Origin: Rhodospirillales bacterium
GTDB lineage: Bacteria; Pseudomonadota; Alphaproteobacteria; Bin95
NCBI GenBank assembly: GCA_038143065.1
Contig: JAYQLI010000035.1
Coordinates: forward strand, 1,472,894-1,536,893
Direction of reading: 5' to 3'
Length of the DNA stretch: 64,000 nucleotides
Shown here: in pieces, positions 43,557-53,094 of the stretch
Position numbering within the stretch: the first letter of the stretch is position 1
Layout of the letters: each line of letters opens with the position of its first letter
Made by a program: the position numbers and the translations under genes
The notes under the pieces: generated by a model
What the model was told of the DNA's origin: nothing
Databases searched by the model: none
What the model saw: the letters and a program-made list of their open reading frames with translations, nothing else

Positions 43557-44693
43557 ATGATGACTTTTGATCTTGTGATTCGAGGCGGTCGAGTAATCGA
43601 CCCTGCAAATGGTCTAGATCAAACTACGGATATTGCTTTTAAAGCAGGTAAGGTTGCCGCAATTGGAAGTGATGCCGATGGCAGTGCAAGTGAAGTAATT
43701 CATGCTGAAGGCCTACTCGTTACGCCTGGTCTGATAGACCTTCACACCCATATTTATTGGGGGGGAACGTCTCTTGGAGTAGACCCAGACACGTATATGT
43801 CAAAAACCGGATGCACGACCCTTGTAGATGCAGGTAGTGCAGGTCCTGCAAATTTTCACGGTTTTCGCAGTCACATAGTCGAACCGGCTAAGTCACGTGT
43901 TCTAGCTTACATCAATGCCAGCTTTGCCGGCATTTTTGCCTTTAGTCCTGCCGTGATGGTTGGGGAATCTGGTGATATACGGCTTCTGAACCCAAATGAA
44001 GTCGTCCGGGTAGCCAAAGAACACAGTGATATAATTGTAGGTGTAAAGGTACGCGTAGGTCTTGTGGCATCGGATGGCATAGGAGCGGCACCATTAGATA
44101 TCGCTATTGAGGCAGCGGACGCACTAGGTCTGCCTGTAATGGCGCATCTCGATAATCCCCCGCCATCACGCACTGAAGTATTATCGCGAATGAGACCGGG
44201 AGATGTTTTAACTCATTGCTATCGGCCATTCCCCGCTGCACCTACTCGCGCCAGTGGAGAGGTACGTGATGAAATTCTAGAAGCACGTGAGAGAGGAATT
44301 ATCTTTGATATTGGCCACGGCAAGGGGTCATTTTGCTGGGATGTAGCCGGAGCAATGCTTGATGCAGGCTTGCCTCCTCACAGTATTTCATCCGACGTTC
44401 ACATGATGTCTGCCGAAGGGCCCGCATTCGACCAATTAGTTACCCTCTCAAAGTTTCTCCATCTAGGAATGGATATTCCCGAGATAATCAGAGCATCAAC
44501 AATAGGTCCCGCAGAGGCTATTGGGCGACCAGAGCTTGGCAGCATAACTGTTGGGTATCCTGGCGATGTGACATTACTGAGGGTGGACGAAGGTGCATTC
44601 CCGCTTACCGACGCCAATGGTGTCACAGTAGAGGCGCGCCGACGCTTTGGCCTTGCAGGTTTTGTCCGGAATGGCGAGTGGTACAGAGGCTAA
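43557..44693 (+). CDS. Amidohydrolase/deacetylase-family metallohydrolase (dihydroorotase-like; Atu3266/EF0837 group)
   Basis: PGLIDLHTH, VDAGSAG, GVKVR (carboxylated Lys), MAH, LTHC, DIGHG.GSF and ISSD.H. Confidence 0.85.
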   Translation: MMTFDLVIRGGRVIDPANGLDQTTDIAFKAGKVAAIGSDADGSASEVIHAEGLLVTPGLIDLHTHIYWGGTSLGVDPDTYMSKTGCTTLVDAGSAGPANFHGFRSHIVEPAKSRVLAYINASFAGIFAFSPAVMVGESGDIRLLNPNEVVRVAKEHSDIIVGVKVRVGLVASDGIGAAPLDIAIEAADALGLPVMAHLDNPPPSRTEVLSRMRPGDVLTHCYRPFPAAPTRASGEVRDEILEARERGIIFDIGHGKGSFCWDVAGAMLDAGLPPHSISSDVHMMSAEGPAFDQLVTLSKFLHLGMDIPEIIRASTIGPAEAIGRPELGSITVGYPGDVTLLRVDEGAFPLTDANGVTVEARRRFGLAGFVRNGEWYRG

Positions 44694-44860
44694 ACTACCC
44701 ATTGGCTTGCAAGATGAGGCTTTTGCTGATGGCAGACCCTCTTTTTAGATCTGGGTTAGGTCAAAAAAACACCCCTCCGTAAAAGCAACTTAACATACGC
44801 TTAAAAGCGAAAGTCATTCGTGCTCAAGGCATCTACACGAGCGTCAAATATTAGCGGAGA

Positions 44861-45187
44861 TTAATCGTCCCGTTCCGCGTGGTGTGTGATGCTTGGATCT
44901 TTTTGTTCAATTCGTTTTCTAATATCTCGTATGTGATCAAAATCGTATGATTTGTATCGCAATTCCTCTGCCCGACTGTTCACCCACTCTTCACGCACAT
45001 CGGCAGTACTAGCAAAGAAGAAATGCACGGCTAAAAAAATTGACCACACGGCTATTGGCCAAAATATTGGCCAAGCAAAACCTAAAACCACGGTGAAGAA
45101 AAACCCTAGAATTGAGACCACAACAAACACCGACAAATGCCGGCTAAAACCCATTGCTCTTGGAATTTTTCTAGGACTTTCGGACAT
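44861..45187 (-). CDS. Hypothetical two-TM membrane protein (2TM domain-like)
   Basis: ATG 5 nt after the upstream stop. F..HL..F and WP...W...L..H pattern, then a charged tail LRYKSYDFDHI. Confidence 0.7.
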   Translation of the reverse strand: MSESPRKIPRAMGFSRHLSVFVVVSILGFFFTVVLGFAWPIFWPIAVWSIFLAVHFFFASTADVREEWVNSRAEELRYKSYDFDHIRDIRKRIEQKDPSITHHAERDD

Positions 45188-45192
45188 ACTTT

Positions 45193-45675
45193 TTACTTAA
45201 AAAGACGACGTCGGCGCGGCGGAAGTGTTTCAGGTTCGGGTATATCTGGATAAGCACGCGCAATGCTTATCAGACGAGGCATATAAATTAATGTGAGAAT
45301 AAATAATCCTGCCACTATGATGCTGTCTACGCGCACCCGACCGCCATCAAAGCCGTAAAAAAGAACAAACGCTAACCCGGCAAGGGGCGCCAAAGCCAAC
45401 CAAAGAACAGCCCATACAACCTTTGCATAGTTGAAGATGATTGCAGCCGACACAACGGTAAAAGCATATAGACCAGCAAGGGGAGACCGCCCAATCATCG
45501 ATACGTCCGTTAACGCAGCAAGAGCTACAACGGCGAAGATAATCCCCACAAACATGCAAAACGCAAAAATTTCATGGTCAGCTTGGTACCGATTGAGCTT
45601 GGACACCGGCGTAAAATACGGGGTTGTGTTATTATCCCATACGTAGCGCTTAAAAAGACTTTCCCAGTCAAGCAA
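45193..45675 (-). CDS. Hypothetical four-TM membrane protein
   Basis: AGGAG RBS before a TTG start. Polar N-terminus DWESLFKRYVWD..TPY, four hydrophobic segments and a basic tail PPRRRR. Confidence 0.75.
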   Translation of the reverse strand: MLDWESLFKRYVWDNNTTPYFTPVSKLNRYQADHEIFAFCMFVGIIFAVVALAALTDVSMIGRSPLAGLYAFTVVSAAIIFNYAKVVWAVLWLALAPLAGLAFVLFYGFDGGRVRVDSIIVAGLFILTLIYMPRLISIARAYPDIPEPETLPPRRRRLFK

Positions 45676-45714
45676 GGGTCAAACACTCCTAATTCTTTGG
45701 ACCATACTAAACGC

Positions 45715-45752
45715 AGAGAGGGCGGCAATCAGTATTGACCACCGCCCTCTCT
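45715..45752 (-). terminator. Stem-loop after dctQ (weak U-tract, possibly leaky)
   Basis: AGAGAGGGCGG...CCGCCCTCTCT 11-bp stem followed only by GCGTTT. Confidence 0.6.
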
Positions 45753-45784
45753 AATTTAGTGGCAAACAATGCCAATTCTAGACG

Positions 45785-46564
45785 TCAAAACGTACCTGTT
45801 TCTTTGATACGCTGAGCACGAACCTCGAGTTGGTCGTCAACCTTGTCGAGATCAAGCCTTTCCTTGCCTTCGATCATATCGCCGGCTTCTTCAGGCCATT
45901 CTTGCGTAGATAAAGGGAAACGCCAGTGTTGAGGTTTAAAGAGCGCATAAAACATTTCAAGCCAAACGCCAATGCCAGCTAATACCACCGTTACGAAACC
46001 AAACACCATCACGCTCTTGATAATCCAACGATGGGAAAGTCCAACGAGAGAGGCAGATACCTCTCCGCACTCGTACCAAGCACAGGCCGCATCTCTGTTC
46101 GTCGACCAAGAGTCGATGACATAAACAGCGGAGAAGTACGTAATGATGGCGCAGAATGGCAACAGAAAGAATGTGATACCTAGAAACTCGATCCAAACCT
46201 TCTTCCTAAATGCTAGATTCTCACGGACAAGGTCCACACGGACATGCGTGTTCCAGATGTATCCATAAGCCAACACCAAAACAAACAGGACTGTATGCGA
46301 GTGCCACTCAAGTTCTTGTAAAAGAGTGGATCCAAAATATGGACTTACATTCTCGACCAGATAAATCTGAATGCCGCCCATTTTCCTAATTCCAAGATCG
46401 AATGCCGTGATCAAGATCAACGGCATTGCAAACCAAGAACCAAATCGGCCAACGACGTCTACAAACTTCCTAATTTTACCAGCGAGCCGAAGCCCAACGG
46501 GCATTTGCGCATCGGTTAAATGGAGAAGTTCCTGCTGATCCGCAGAGGATACCGCTTCGTTCAT
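45785..46564 (-). CDS. TRAP transporter small permease (DctQ)
   Basis: LQELEWH and HVRVDLV motifs, four TM segments, and GL..RWIIKS. Confidence 0.9.
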   Translation of the reverse strand: MNEAVSSADQQELLHLTDAQMPVGLRLAGKIRKFVDVVGRFGSWFAMPLILITAFDLGIRKMGGIQIYLVENVSPYFGSTLLQELEWHSHTVLFVLVLAYGYIWNTHVRVDLVRENLAFRKKVWIEFLGITFFLLPFCAIITYFSAVYVIDSWSTNRDAACAWYECGEVSASLVGLSHRWIIKSVMVFGFVTVVLAGIGVWLEMFYALFKPQHWRFPLSTQEWPEEAGDMIEGKERLDLDKVDDQLEVRAQRIKETGTF

Positions 46565-46582
46565 ATTTCTTCCTTCCGCCAA

Positions 46583-48085
46583 TCAGTAGTCGTAGACTGA
46601 TTTCATCAGCCAGAGCGAGACATTCGGGTGCCAGATAACAAGGGCTAGACCAGCGAGCTGAAGCAGCACAAAAGGAATGATACCCTTGTAGATTGATTGG
46701 ATACGCACTTCCTTAGGCGCTATACCTTTCATGTAGAAAAGCGCAAACCCAAACGGCGGTGTTAGGAATGACGTCTGCAAGTTGATTGCCATGAGGATAA
46801 GGAACCAGAAGGTTACATCCTTCGAAGCAACGTGGTCACCAAAATCCAGGCCTGCCACAAGAGGAGCAAAAACAGGCAACACGATAAGTGTTATCTCAAT
46901 CCAATCGAGGAAAAAGCCTAACATAAATGTTATGCCCATTAGCAGGAACAATAACTGCCAAGAGGTCAGTCCAGCAGACGTAATGAGATGCTCTACAATG
47001 TCATCGCCTCCAAGAGAACGATACACATAAGCAAAACACGTCGCTGCAACGATGATGAAGAAAATCATCGCAATCGTGCGGGCAGATGTATGGCAAACAC
47101 CTTGCAGCAGCTCGAAGGTTAGTCTGCGATTAAATATCGCGAGTATAAGGGTTCCAAAAGCACCTACTGCGCCTGCTTCAGATGGTGTGGCAATCCCGAA
47201 CAGAATTGAACCCTTGATCATGAAGATCAAAATAACAGGCGGCAAGAAGCTCTTAAAAATCATCTTTGGATATTGATTAAGAGGAACATGAAGAAGGTCT
47301 GGGGGTAATGGAGGCGCTTGCTTCGGGTTAAAAGTAGAAAAAAGAACTACGAAAAGCAGGTAAAAGCCAGCTAGCATCAATCCAGGTAAGATCGCTGCCA
47401 TGAACATGTTGCCGACAGAAACCGCCATCAGATCCGCCATAATAATAAGCATGATCGATGGGGGAATAAGAATACCTAGGGTTCCAGAGGCTGCGATACA
47501 GCCCGTTGCTAGCGAGTGACTATATCCCTGACGTATCATGGTTGGGAGCGCCAATGCGGTCATCATCGTCACAGATGCACCAATAATCCCAGTCATGGCT
47601 GCGAGCACTGTACCCATAACAACAACGGCCAACGCCAAGCTACCAGGCACTTTCTTCAAAAGCACCTGTACGCAGTAGAGCAAGTCATTGGCAACACCAG
47701 ACCGCTCCATCATGACGCCCATGAAGACAAATGCAGGAATGGATACAAGAACTAAGTTTTCGGCCCCATTAAACCAAATACGGGGCATAAAATTAAAAAA
47801 CTCAATCAGCGAGAACATGCCGAGTAGATAGCCGAGTATCCCATAGACGAAGGACAGACCTCCGAGAATAAATGCCACCGGGAAACCCGTAAATAACAGG
47901 GCAGCCAAAGAGAAAAACATAAAAATTGGAAGGAAGTCTTGCACAAAATACAAGAGGTCCTTCTGACCGTCTGGCGATAGATTCAAAATGTAAGCGTAAG
48001 CGATACCAATGACCGCCAACACCACCAAAAGAAACGTAAGGCCAGGATTACGGCGAATGCCCGATGCTATAGCTTCCATCGACAA
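46583..48085 (-). CDS. TRAP transporter large permease (DctM)
   Basis: IPAFVFMG, AASGTLGILIPPSI, ATPSEAGAVG, GFFLDWIEI and NLQTSFLTPPFG. Confidence 0.95.
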   Translation of the reverse strand: MSMEAIASGIRRNPGLTFLLVVLAVIGIAYAYILNLSPDGQKDLLYFVQDFLPIFMFFSLAALLFTGFPVAFILGGLSFVYGILGYLLGMFSLIEFFNFMPRIWFNGAENLVLVSIPAFVFMGVMMERSGVANDLLYCVQVLLKKVPGSLALAVVVMGTVLAAMTGIIGASVTMMTALALPTMIRQGYSHSLATGCIAASGTLGILIPPSIMLIIMADLMAVSVGNMFMAAILPGLMLAGFYLLFVVLFSTFNPKQAPPLPPDLLHVPLNQYPKMIFKSFLPPVILIFMIKGSILFGIATPSEAGAVGAFGTLILAIFNRRLTFELLQGVCHTSARTIAMIFFIIVAATCFAYVYRSLGGDDIVEHLITSAGLTSWQLLFLLMGITFMLGFFLDWIEITLIVLPVFAPLVAGLDFGDHVASKDVTFWFLILMAINLQTSFLTPPFGFALFYMKGIAPKEVRIQSIYKGIIPFVLLQLAGLALVIWHPNVSLWLMKSVYDY

Positions 48086-48112
48086 AACCTTAATTAGAAA
48101 ATTTTATAAAAC

Positions 48113-48204
48113 GCAGCTGTAAAGCTGCTTGCATACGGGACGCTAAGAATACGCTCTTAGCGTCCCTGAATGCGAAGACGGCACTCCCTAGAAACGGAGT
48201 GCCG
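48113..48204. repeat. Three tandem stem-loops in the dctP-dctM spacer
   Basis: GCAGCT/AGCTGC (48113-48128), GGGACGCTAAGA/TCTTAGCGTCCC (48137-48166) and CGGCACTCC/GGAGTGCCG (48179-48204). Confidence 0.75.
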
Positions 48205-48215
48205 CCTAAACCACC

Positions 48216-49277
48216 TTATTTAAGATAGGTTGCTTGCATGCTTTGAGCAGCACCCCACTTTGCGTAGGACTTACGGAAAGCAAGATAACTATCAGCAACT
48301 TCCTTGAATTTGGCATCCTTAGCGGAGTCCTCTTTCAAGACGTCGAGCCAAGCCTGCTCGAATACTGCGAGCTGGTCATCTCTCCAACGCATGGTCTTCA
48401 CACCATACTTGGTGCCCATTTCGACCATAGCGCCTGGGTTAACAGCTTCGGTTTCAGCATAAGTGTTGTGAATGCTTTCACCGCAAGCCACTTCGAGCAC
48501 ACGACGCTGCGCATCGTTGAGGCCCTTCCACTTATCCATGTTGATCAAGATCTGGCTAACCGAAGTTTGCTGGTGCCAACCTGGGAAGTAGTTGTACTTA
48601 GCGATCTGATAGAAGCCGTATTTGATGTCCATTGCTGGCATCGAGAATTCGGTTGCGTCGATAACGCCCTTCTCAAGAGCTGGGAAGATGTCGCCACCAG
48701 CAAGGAGCTGGGTTGAAACACCAATCTTCTGCATGACGCGAGCGCCAAGACCGAAGAAGCGCATTTTCATACCACGAAGTTCATCGAGCTCTTTGATTTC
48801 CTTACGGAACCAACCTGAGGTCTCTGGGCCAATCGCAAAACAGTCCATCTGGTGGATGTTGTTATCAGCATACCACTTCTGCTGGATTTGGTTTCCGCCA
48901 CCGTAAACTTTCCATGCGAAATATTCGCCGTAGCTTGGGCCGAATGGAACAGAGGTGAAGAATGCAAGGAACGGAGCCTTACCAACGTCGTAACCAGCTG
49001 TTGTCCAGGCTGCTTCAAGAGAGCCCTTTGATGTAGCATCAAAGCCTTCGTTAGCAGGCACAAGCGCACCTGGCTCGAAGAACTTCAGCTGCATCTCGCC
49101 GCCAGTCATATCATTGATGGTCTTAGAATAACGGACCGCAGAAGTACCGAGATGAGGTACAGCAGAACCCCATGCACTGTGTAATTTCCAGCGAACCCGG
49201 TCAGCCTGAGCAGACGTCGCGGCTAGCGCGATGGCCGCTGCGGCCGAAACCAGACCGATTTTGGTCGAAAGTTTCAT
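48216..49277 (-). CDS. TRAP transporter substrate-binding protein (DctP, TakP/keto-acid-like)
   Basis: Signal peptide ending AQA-D. GWF.KEI, G.KMRFFG, ALEKGVIDATEF and YFPGWHQ. Confidence 0.93.
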   Translation of the reverse strand: MKLSTKIGLVSAAAAIALAATSAQADRVRWKLHSAWGSAVPHLGTSAVRYSKTINDMTGGEMQLKFFEPGALVPANEGFDATSKGSLEAAWTTAGYDVGKAPFLAFFTSVPFGPSYGEYFAWKVYGGGNQIQQKWYADNNIHQMDCFAIGPETSGWFRKEIKELDELRGMKMRFFGLGARVMQKIGVSTQLLAGGDIFPALEKGVIDATEFSMPAMDIKYGFYQIAKYNYFPGWHQQTSVSQILINMDKWKGLNDAQRRVLEVACGESIHNTYAETEAVNPGAMVEMGTKYGVKTMRWRDDQLAVFEQAWLDVLKEDSAKDAKFKEVADSYLAFRKSYAKWGAAQSMQATYLK

Positions 49278-49439
49278 TTAATTCCTCCCTGAGGATTTTT
49301 GGTTTAAGGTTCGCAACATACCCGCCTAATATACCATCAGGCAAGAGCTTCTTGACGCACCCCTTGAAAGAACACTTAACCACTACAAAGAAACACGAAT
49401 TTTTTCTTTTGTCCAAGAAGCCTTTAAACGAAATTTTTC

Positions 49440-50207
49440 TTATCGTGGTGCCATTCTAATTGCCCCATCAAGCCTAATGACTTCACCATTTAAATAATCA
49501 TTGCGAATTATTTCCATGGCTAGCGATCCATATTCTGAAGGATGGCCGGTACGCTTTGGAAATGGCACTTGACCACCCAAAAGATCTAGGGTCGCCTCCG
49601 GTAATCCCATCAAAAGTGGAGTTAACATAATGCCAGGAGCAATAGTGCAAACGCGGATACCATGACTTGATAGGTCTCGGGCAGATTGAACCGTTAAACC
49701 AATCACACCCCCCTTTGAGGCAGTATAGGCAGCCTGCCCCACCTGCCCCTCGTAACCCGCTACACTTGCAGTGTTAACAATAACACCCTTAAGACCATCT
49801 TCAGTATTTGCCTCTAAGGAGGCCATATCCGCTGCCGCAAGGCGCAAAACGTTAAATGTACCAATTAGGTTAACCTCAATAATTTGCCGGAAGTGGTCTA
49901 GGTCCATTGGAGCGCCTTGTCGGTCAACGATGCGCACAGATCCACCAATGCCAGCACAATTCACACAAACTCTGGCGACACCATGAGCTTCTCGCGCTTT
50001 AGAGAGAGCGGCAGCAACCGAATCTGGATCAGTGACATCAGCTGGCGCTGCAAGAGCACCTATCTCTTGGGCCGTTGCCGCGACTAGATCTGCATTTCGG
50101 TCAATTAGCGCAACCCTAGCACCTGCAGCCACGAGAGTCTCTGCGGTCGCCCGACCCAAACCGGAGGCACCACCGGTCACAATCGCTGCTTCACCCTTTA
50201 CATCCAC
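49440..50207 (-). CDS. SDR, 3-hydroxyacyl-CoA dehydrogenase type 2 (HSD10-like)
   Basis: TGGASGLG, VNCAG, NTASVA.YEGQ.GQAAYTASKGG and YLNGEVIRLDGAIRM. GTG start after the RBS GGGGAG. Confidence 0.92.
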   Translation of the reverse strand: MDVKGEAAIVTGGASGLGRATAETLVAAGARVALIDRNADLVAATAQEIGALAAPADVTDPDSVAAALSKAREAHGVARVCVNCAGIGGSVRIVDRQGAPMDLDHFRQIIEVNLIGTFNVLRLAAADMASLEANTEDGLKGVIVNTASVAGYEGQVGQAAYTASKGGVIGLTVQSARDLSSHGIRVCTIAPGIMLTPLLMGLPEATLDLLGGQVPFPKRTGHPSEYGSLAMEIIRNDYLNGEVIRLDGAIRMAPR

Positions 50208-50539
50208 TTTTAATTCTCCCCTTAAAAATATCTGGCGTTTGCCTGCTAAAACGTCGTAACAAATCGATGCAAGCAAGAACAAGAAAAATCCGCTTCACCA
50301 TTGCCTGCATACCTCCCATGGATTAGTCACGGTGCAGTCTATGCCTAAAAGCGAAAACGAGAAGTCCGCAATCCATATCCCCCGATGGGGCATTTTTGGT
50401 AGCGCGGCTATTATTTTGGCTACAGCAATAGCGGCACCTTTCTATAAGCAAACGGCCGAAACACTGCTTTGGGTGGGGGAAACACTTAAAACTTTGTGTG
50501 GTTGGTAACCTTTTTTTGTCTCGGACTGGAACAAGATCA

Positions 50540-51823
50540 ATGTCAGAACAAGGGTCACAAGATTTACGTGCATCCCCCTCAACTTCAGCATCTAAAGGTG
50601 GGGTACCGATTGGCTTCATGATTTTTTGCGGAGCCGTGATAGCGCTTGTTTCTATGGGTGTCAGAAACATGACACCGCTTTGGCAGGCACCAATGCTTCA
50701 GGACCTCGGTTGGTCCAGCGGTAATTTCACGATCGCCATTGCAACCCAAAACCTCATTTGGGGAGCCTTATCCCCTGTTTTCGGTGGCTTGGCAGATCGT
50801 TATGGGGCTCCGAGAGTTCTGGTTTTTGGCGCCCTTCTCCAAATTGCCGGACTGTGGGTCATGTCTATGGCTAATGAACCGACGATTTTCTTCCTATCTG
50901 CAGGTCTGATGATAGGAACAGCACAAGCGGCTGCTGGAATGGGTATAGTGCTAGGGGCAATCGGTAGGCTTGTGGATGAGAGCAAACGGACCATCGCATT
51001 TGGTTTAATAACTTCCGCCTCTTCAGCAGGCATGATCATCTTAACACCTATTGGGCGGACGCTCCTTGAAACACAGGGATGGTCAGCAGCTTTCCTAGCA
51101 GTCGCCGTATTAACTCTGCCAATGCTAATTCTAGCACCCTTCATTGGACGTAAGCGCAATGATGGCGAACCCACCACTGCTGCTGTTGCCCATCAAACGG
51201 TTGGATCGGCACTAACTGAAGCTCTGAAACACAAAGGCTACATATTACTTACAATTGGCTTTTTCGTATGTGGATTTCACGTCACTTTTGTTGGAGCTCA
51301 CTTCTCCAATTATCTCGAATCAGAAGGCCTTGGCTGGCAGCTCGGGGCAACTGCCCTCATGATCATTGGCGTATTTAATGTTGTTTCCTGCCTTGGGGTA
51401 GGCGTAATTGTAAGCTTCTTAAGTAAAAAAGGCGTACTTTCTGTTATTTATTTTGGCCGAGCAGCTTTAGTGGGCGCATTTCTTCTGTTCCCAGTAACCG
51501 AATGGTCTGTCTATATTTTTTCAGCAGTACTAGGAATTCTGTGGCTATCAACCGTCCCTCCGACCCAAGGCCTGGTTGCTCAACTATTCGGCACACAATA
51601 CATGACTATGCTCTTTGGCGTTGTCTTTTTCAGTCACCAAATAGGAAGTTTCCTTGGGGCATGGCTGGGAGCATTGGCATTCGACCACCTTGGAAGCTAC
51701 GATGTGATCTGGTTGGCATCGATTGGACTTGGAATTTTGTCAGGGGTCTGTCATCTATTTATAGATGAAAGACCAGTGGATAGGTTACGGGTTAAAACTC
51801 CTGCAGCCACCCCCGCCGAATAG
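50540..51823 (+). CDS. MFS transporter
   Basis: G.LADRYG.PR motif, GFFVCGFH, WLSTVPPT and HQIGSFLG. About 12 TM segments. Confidence 0.9.
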   Translation: MSEQGSQDLRASPSTSASKGGVPIGFMIFCGAVIALVSMGVRNMTPLWQAPMLQDLGWSSGNFTIAIATQNLIWGALSPVFGGLADRYGAPRVLVFGALLQIAGLWVMSMANEPTIFFLSAGLMIGTAQAAAGMGIVLGAIGRLVDESKRTIAFGLITSASSAGMIILTPIGRTLLETQGWSAAFLAVAVLTLPMLILAPFIGRKRNDGEPTTAAVAHQTVGSALTEALKHKGYILLTIGFFVCGFHVTFVGAHFSNYLESEGLGWQLGATALMIIGVFNVVSCLGVGVIVSFLSKKGVLSVIYFGRAALVGAFLLFPVTEWSVYIFSAVLGILWLSTVPPTQGLVAQLFGTQYMTMLFGVVFFSHQIGSFLGAWLGALAFDHLGSYDVIWLASIGLGILSGVCHLFIDERPVDRLRVKTPAATPAE

Positions 51824-51834
51824 AGGGAAAGATT

Positions 51835-52355
51835 ATGGTCGAAGCTGCAGACGCCGGCTGGAAGGACCAGCTGTATGATTCCATTAAAACTTTAAAGATT
51901 TCTCAAGTGGTGTATGTGCCGGTCGCTGGGCACGCAAAGCTTATTGATCGTTGCTTAGCAGATCCGGAAATAGATTGTTTTCCATTAGTGAACGAATTTG
52001 AGTCTGTTGGGGTTTGCGTTGGCGCATGGCTAGGTGGCCAGCGCTCCTGCGTACTGATGCAATCAAGTGGAATTGGCAATGCAATTAATGCGCTTGGCCT
52101 AGTCCATTCCACCGGCGCTCCTTTTTTGCTATCGCAACCATGCGAGGTGAATGGGGCGAGTTTAACGGGTGGCAAACACCGATGGGTCAGTCGATTCCTC
52201 GAATGCTCGAAGCTGCCAATATCGTAGTTAACAGGGCAGAAACTCCTGCCGACGTCATCCCAGTCACTGAGGCAAGCGGCAGATTAGCGTTTAATTCATA
52301 TCTACCCGTGTTCACGCTTATTTCTCAGCGCGCCACTGGCGCTAAAGTATTTTAG
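51835..52355 (+). CDS. Sulfopyruvate/phosphonopyruvate decarboxylase alpha subunit (ComD-like), with a frameshift near 52125
   Basis: YVP.AGH, NE.E.VG...GAWLGG, LMQSSGIGN, then TMRGEWGEFN.WQ.PMG in the shifted frame. Confidence 0.82.
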
Positions 52356-52367
52356 GAGGCGCCAAAT

Positions 52368-52973
52368 ATGACCACGGGATCGCAAAACCGACTTGAGCGC
52401 CGCGGAGCTGTTCACCGTCTCCTCGCAGAACGCAGCCCCGATCTTCTGATTGTTGCTGGATTGGGCTCTGCAATTTGGGATGCCGAAACAGCAGGCGAAA
52501 CGCCTTTAAATTTCTATCTTCTTGGAGCGATGGGCAGTGCGACACCAACTGCCCTTGGGCTCGCTACAGCTCAACCAAACAAGCGTGTTGTTGCATTAGT
52601 TGGTGATGCTGAGCTTGCAATGGGCATGTGGGCTCTAGCAACTATCGGATGGCGTAAACCGGATAATCTGTCGGTTGTCTGCTTAGACAATGGTCGCTTT
52701 GGCGAAACAGGAGGACAGATCAGTCATACTGGCGTAAACCTTGATTTGGCTGGAGTTGCGGCTGCATCAGGCTTCCAAACCGTGCGAAGAGTTAATGACG
52801 ATGCTGGGATTGATGAACTGCGCGACCTGGTGATGAATGGGCCAGGACCAGTCTTCGGCTTAGTAGAGATCACCGCAAACATGCCTCCTGTTCAGATGCC
52901 TATCAGAAATGGCGTCATTGGTATGGCGCGTTTCCGAGAAGCTTTGTTGGGACCTGAAGCGTTAAAAGAATAA
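52368..52973 (+). CDS. Sulfopyruvate/phosphonopyruvate decarboxylase beta subunit (ComE-like, TPP-binding)
   Basis: NFYLLGAMG and the TPP motif GD...LDN..FGETGGQ. Confidence 0.85.
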   Translation: MTTGSQNRLERRGAVHRLLAERSPDLLIVAGLGSAIWDAETAGETPLNFYLLGAMGSATPTALGLATAQPNKRVVALVGDAELAMGMWALATIGWRKPDNLSVVCLDNGRFGETGGQISHTGVNLDLAGVAAASGFQTVRRVNDDAGIDELRDLVMNGPGPVFGLVEITANMPPVQMPIRNGVIGMARFREALLGPEALKE

Positions 52974-53094
52974 CGACAGTTGCTTTTGCTGGTTATGCGG
53001 CTCTTATGAGCAACCAATCTGTTACGCCCCGTCAGCTAACACTGCGTGCCAGACCCGAAATTGCCAGAGTATAAAATTATTTTCCAAGGACCCA

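Noticed and set aside
44790-44804. TTAA-N7-TTAA CtrA-box-like sequence
   Set aside because: It lies between two convergent 3' ends with no downstream gene start, and is expected by chance in AT-rich DNA.
48179-48204. GGCACTC...GAGTGCC resembling a CIRCE (HrcA operator)
   Set aside because: The spacer is 10 nt rather than 9, the outer TT/AA is missing, and it sits just after the dctP stop. It is better explained as an RNA hairpin.
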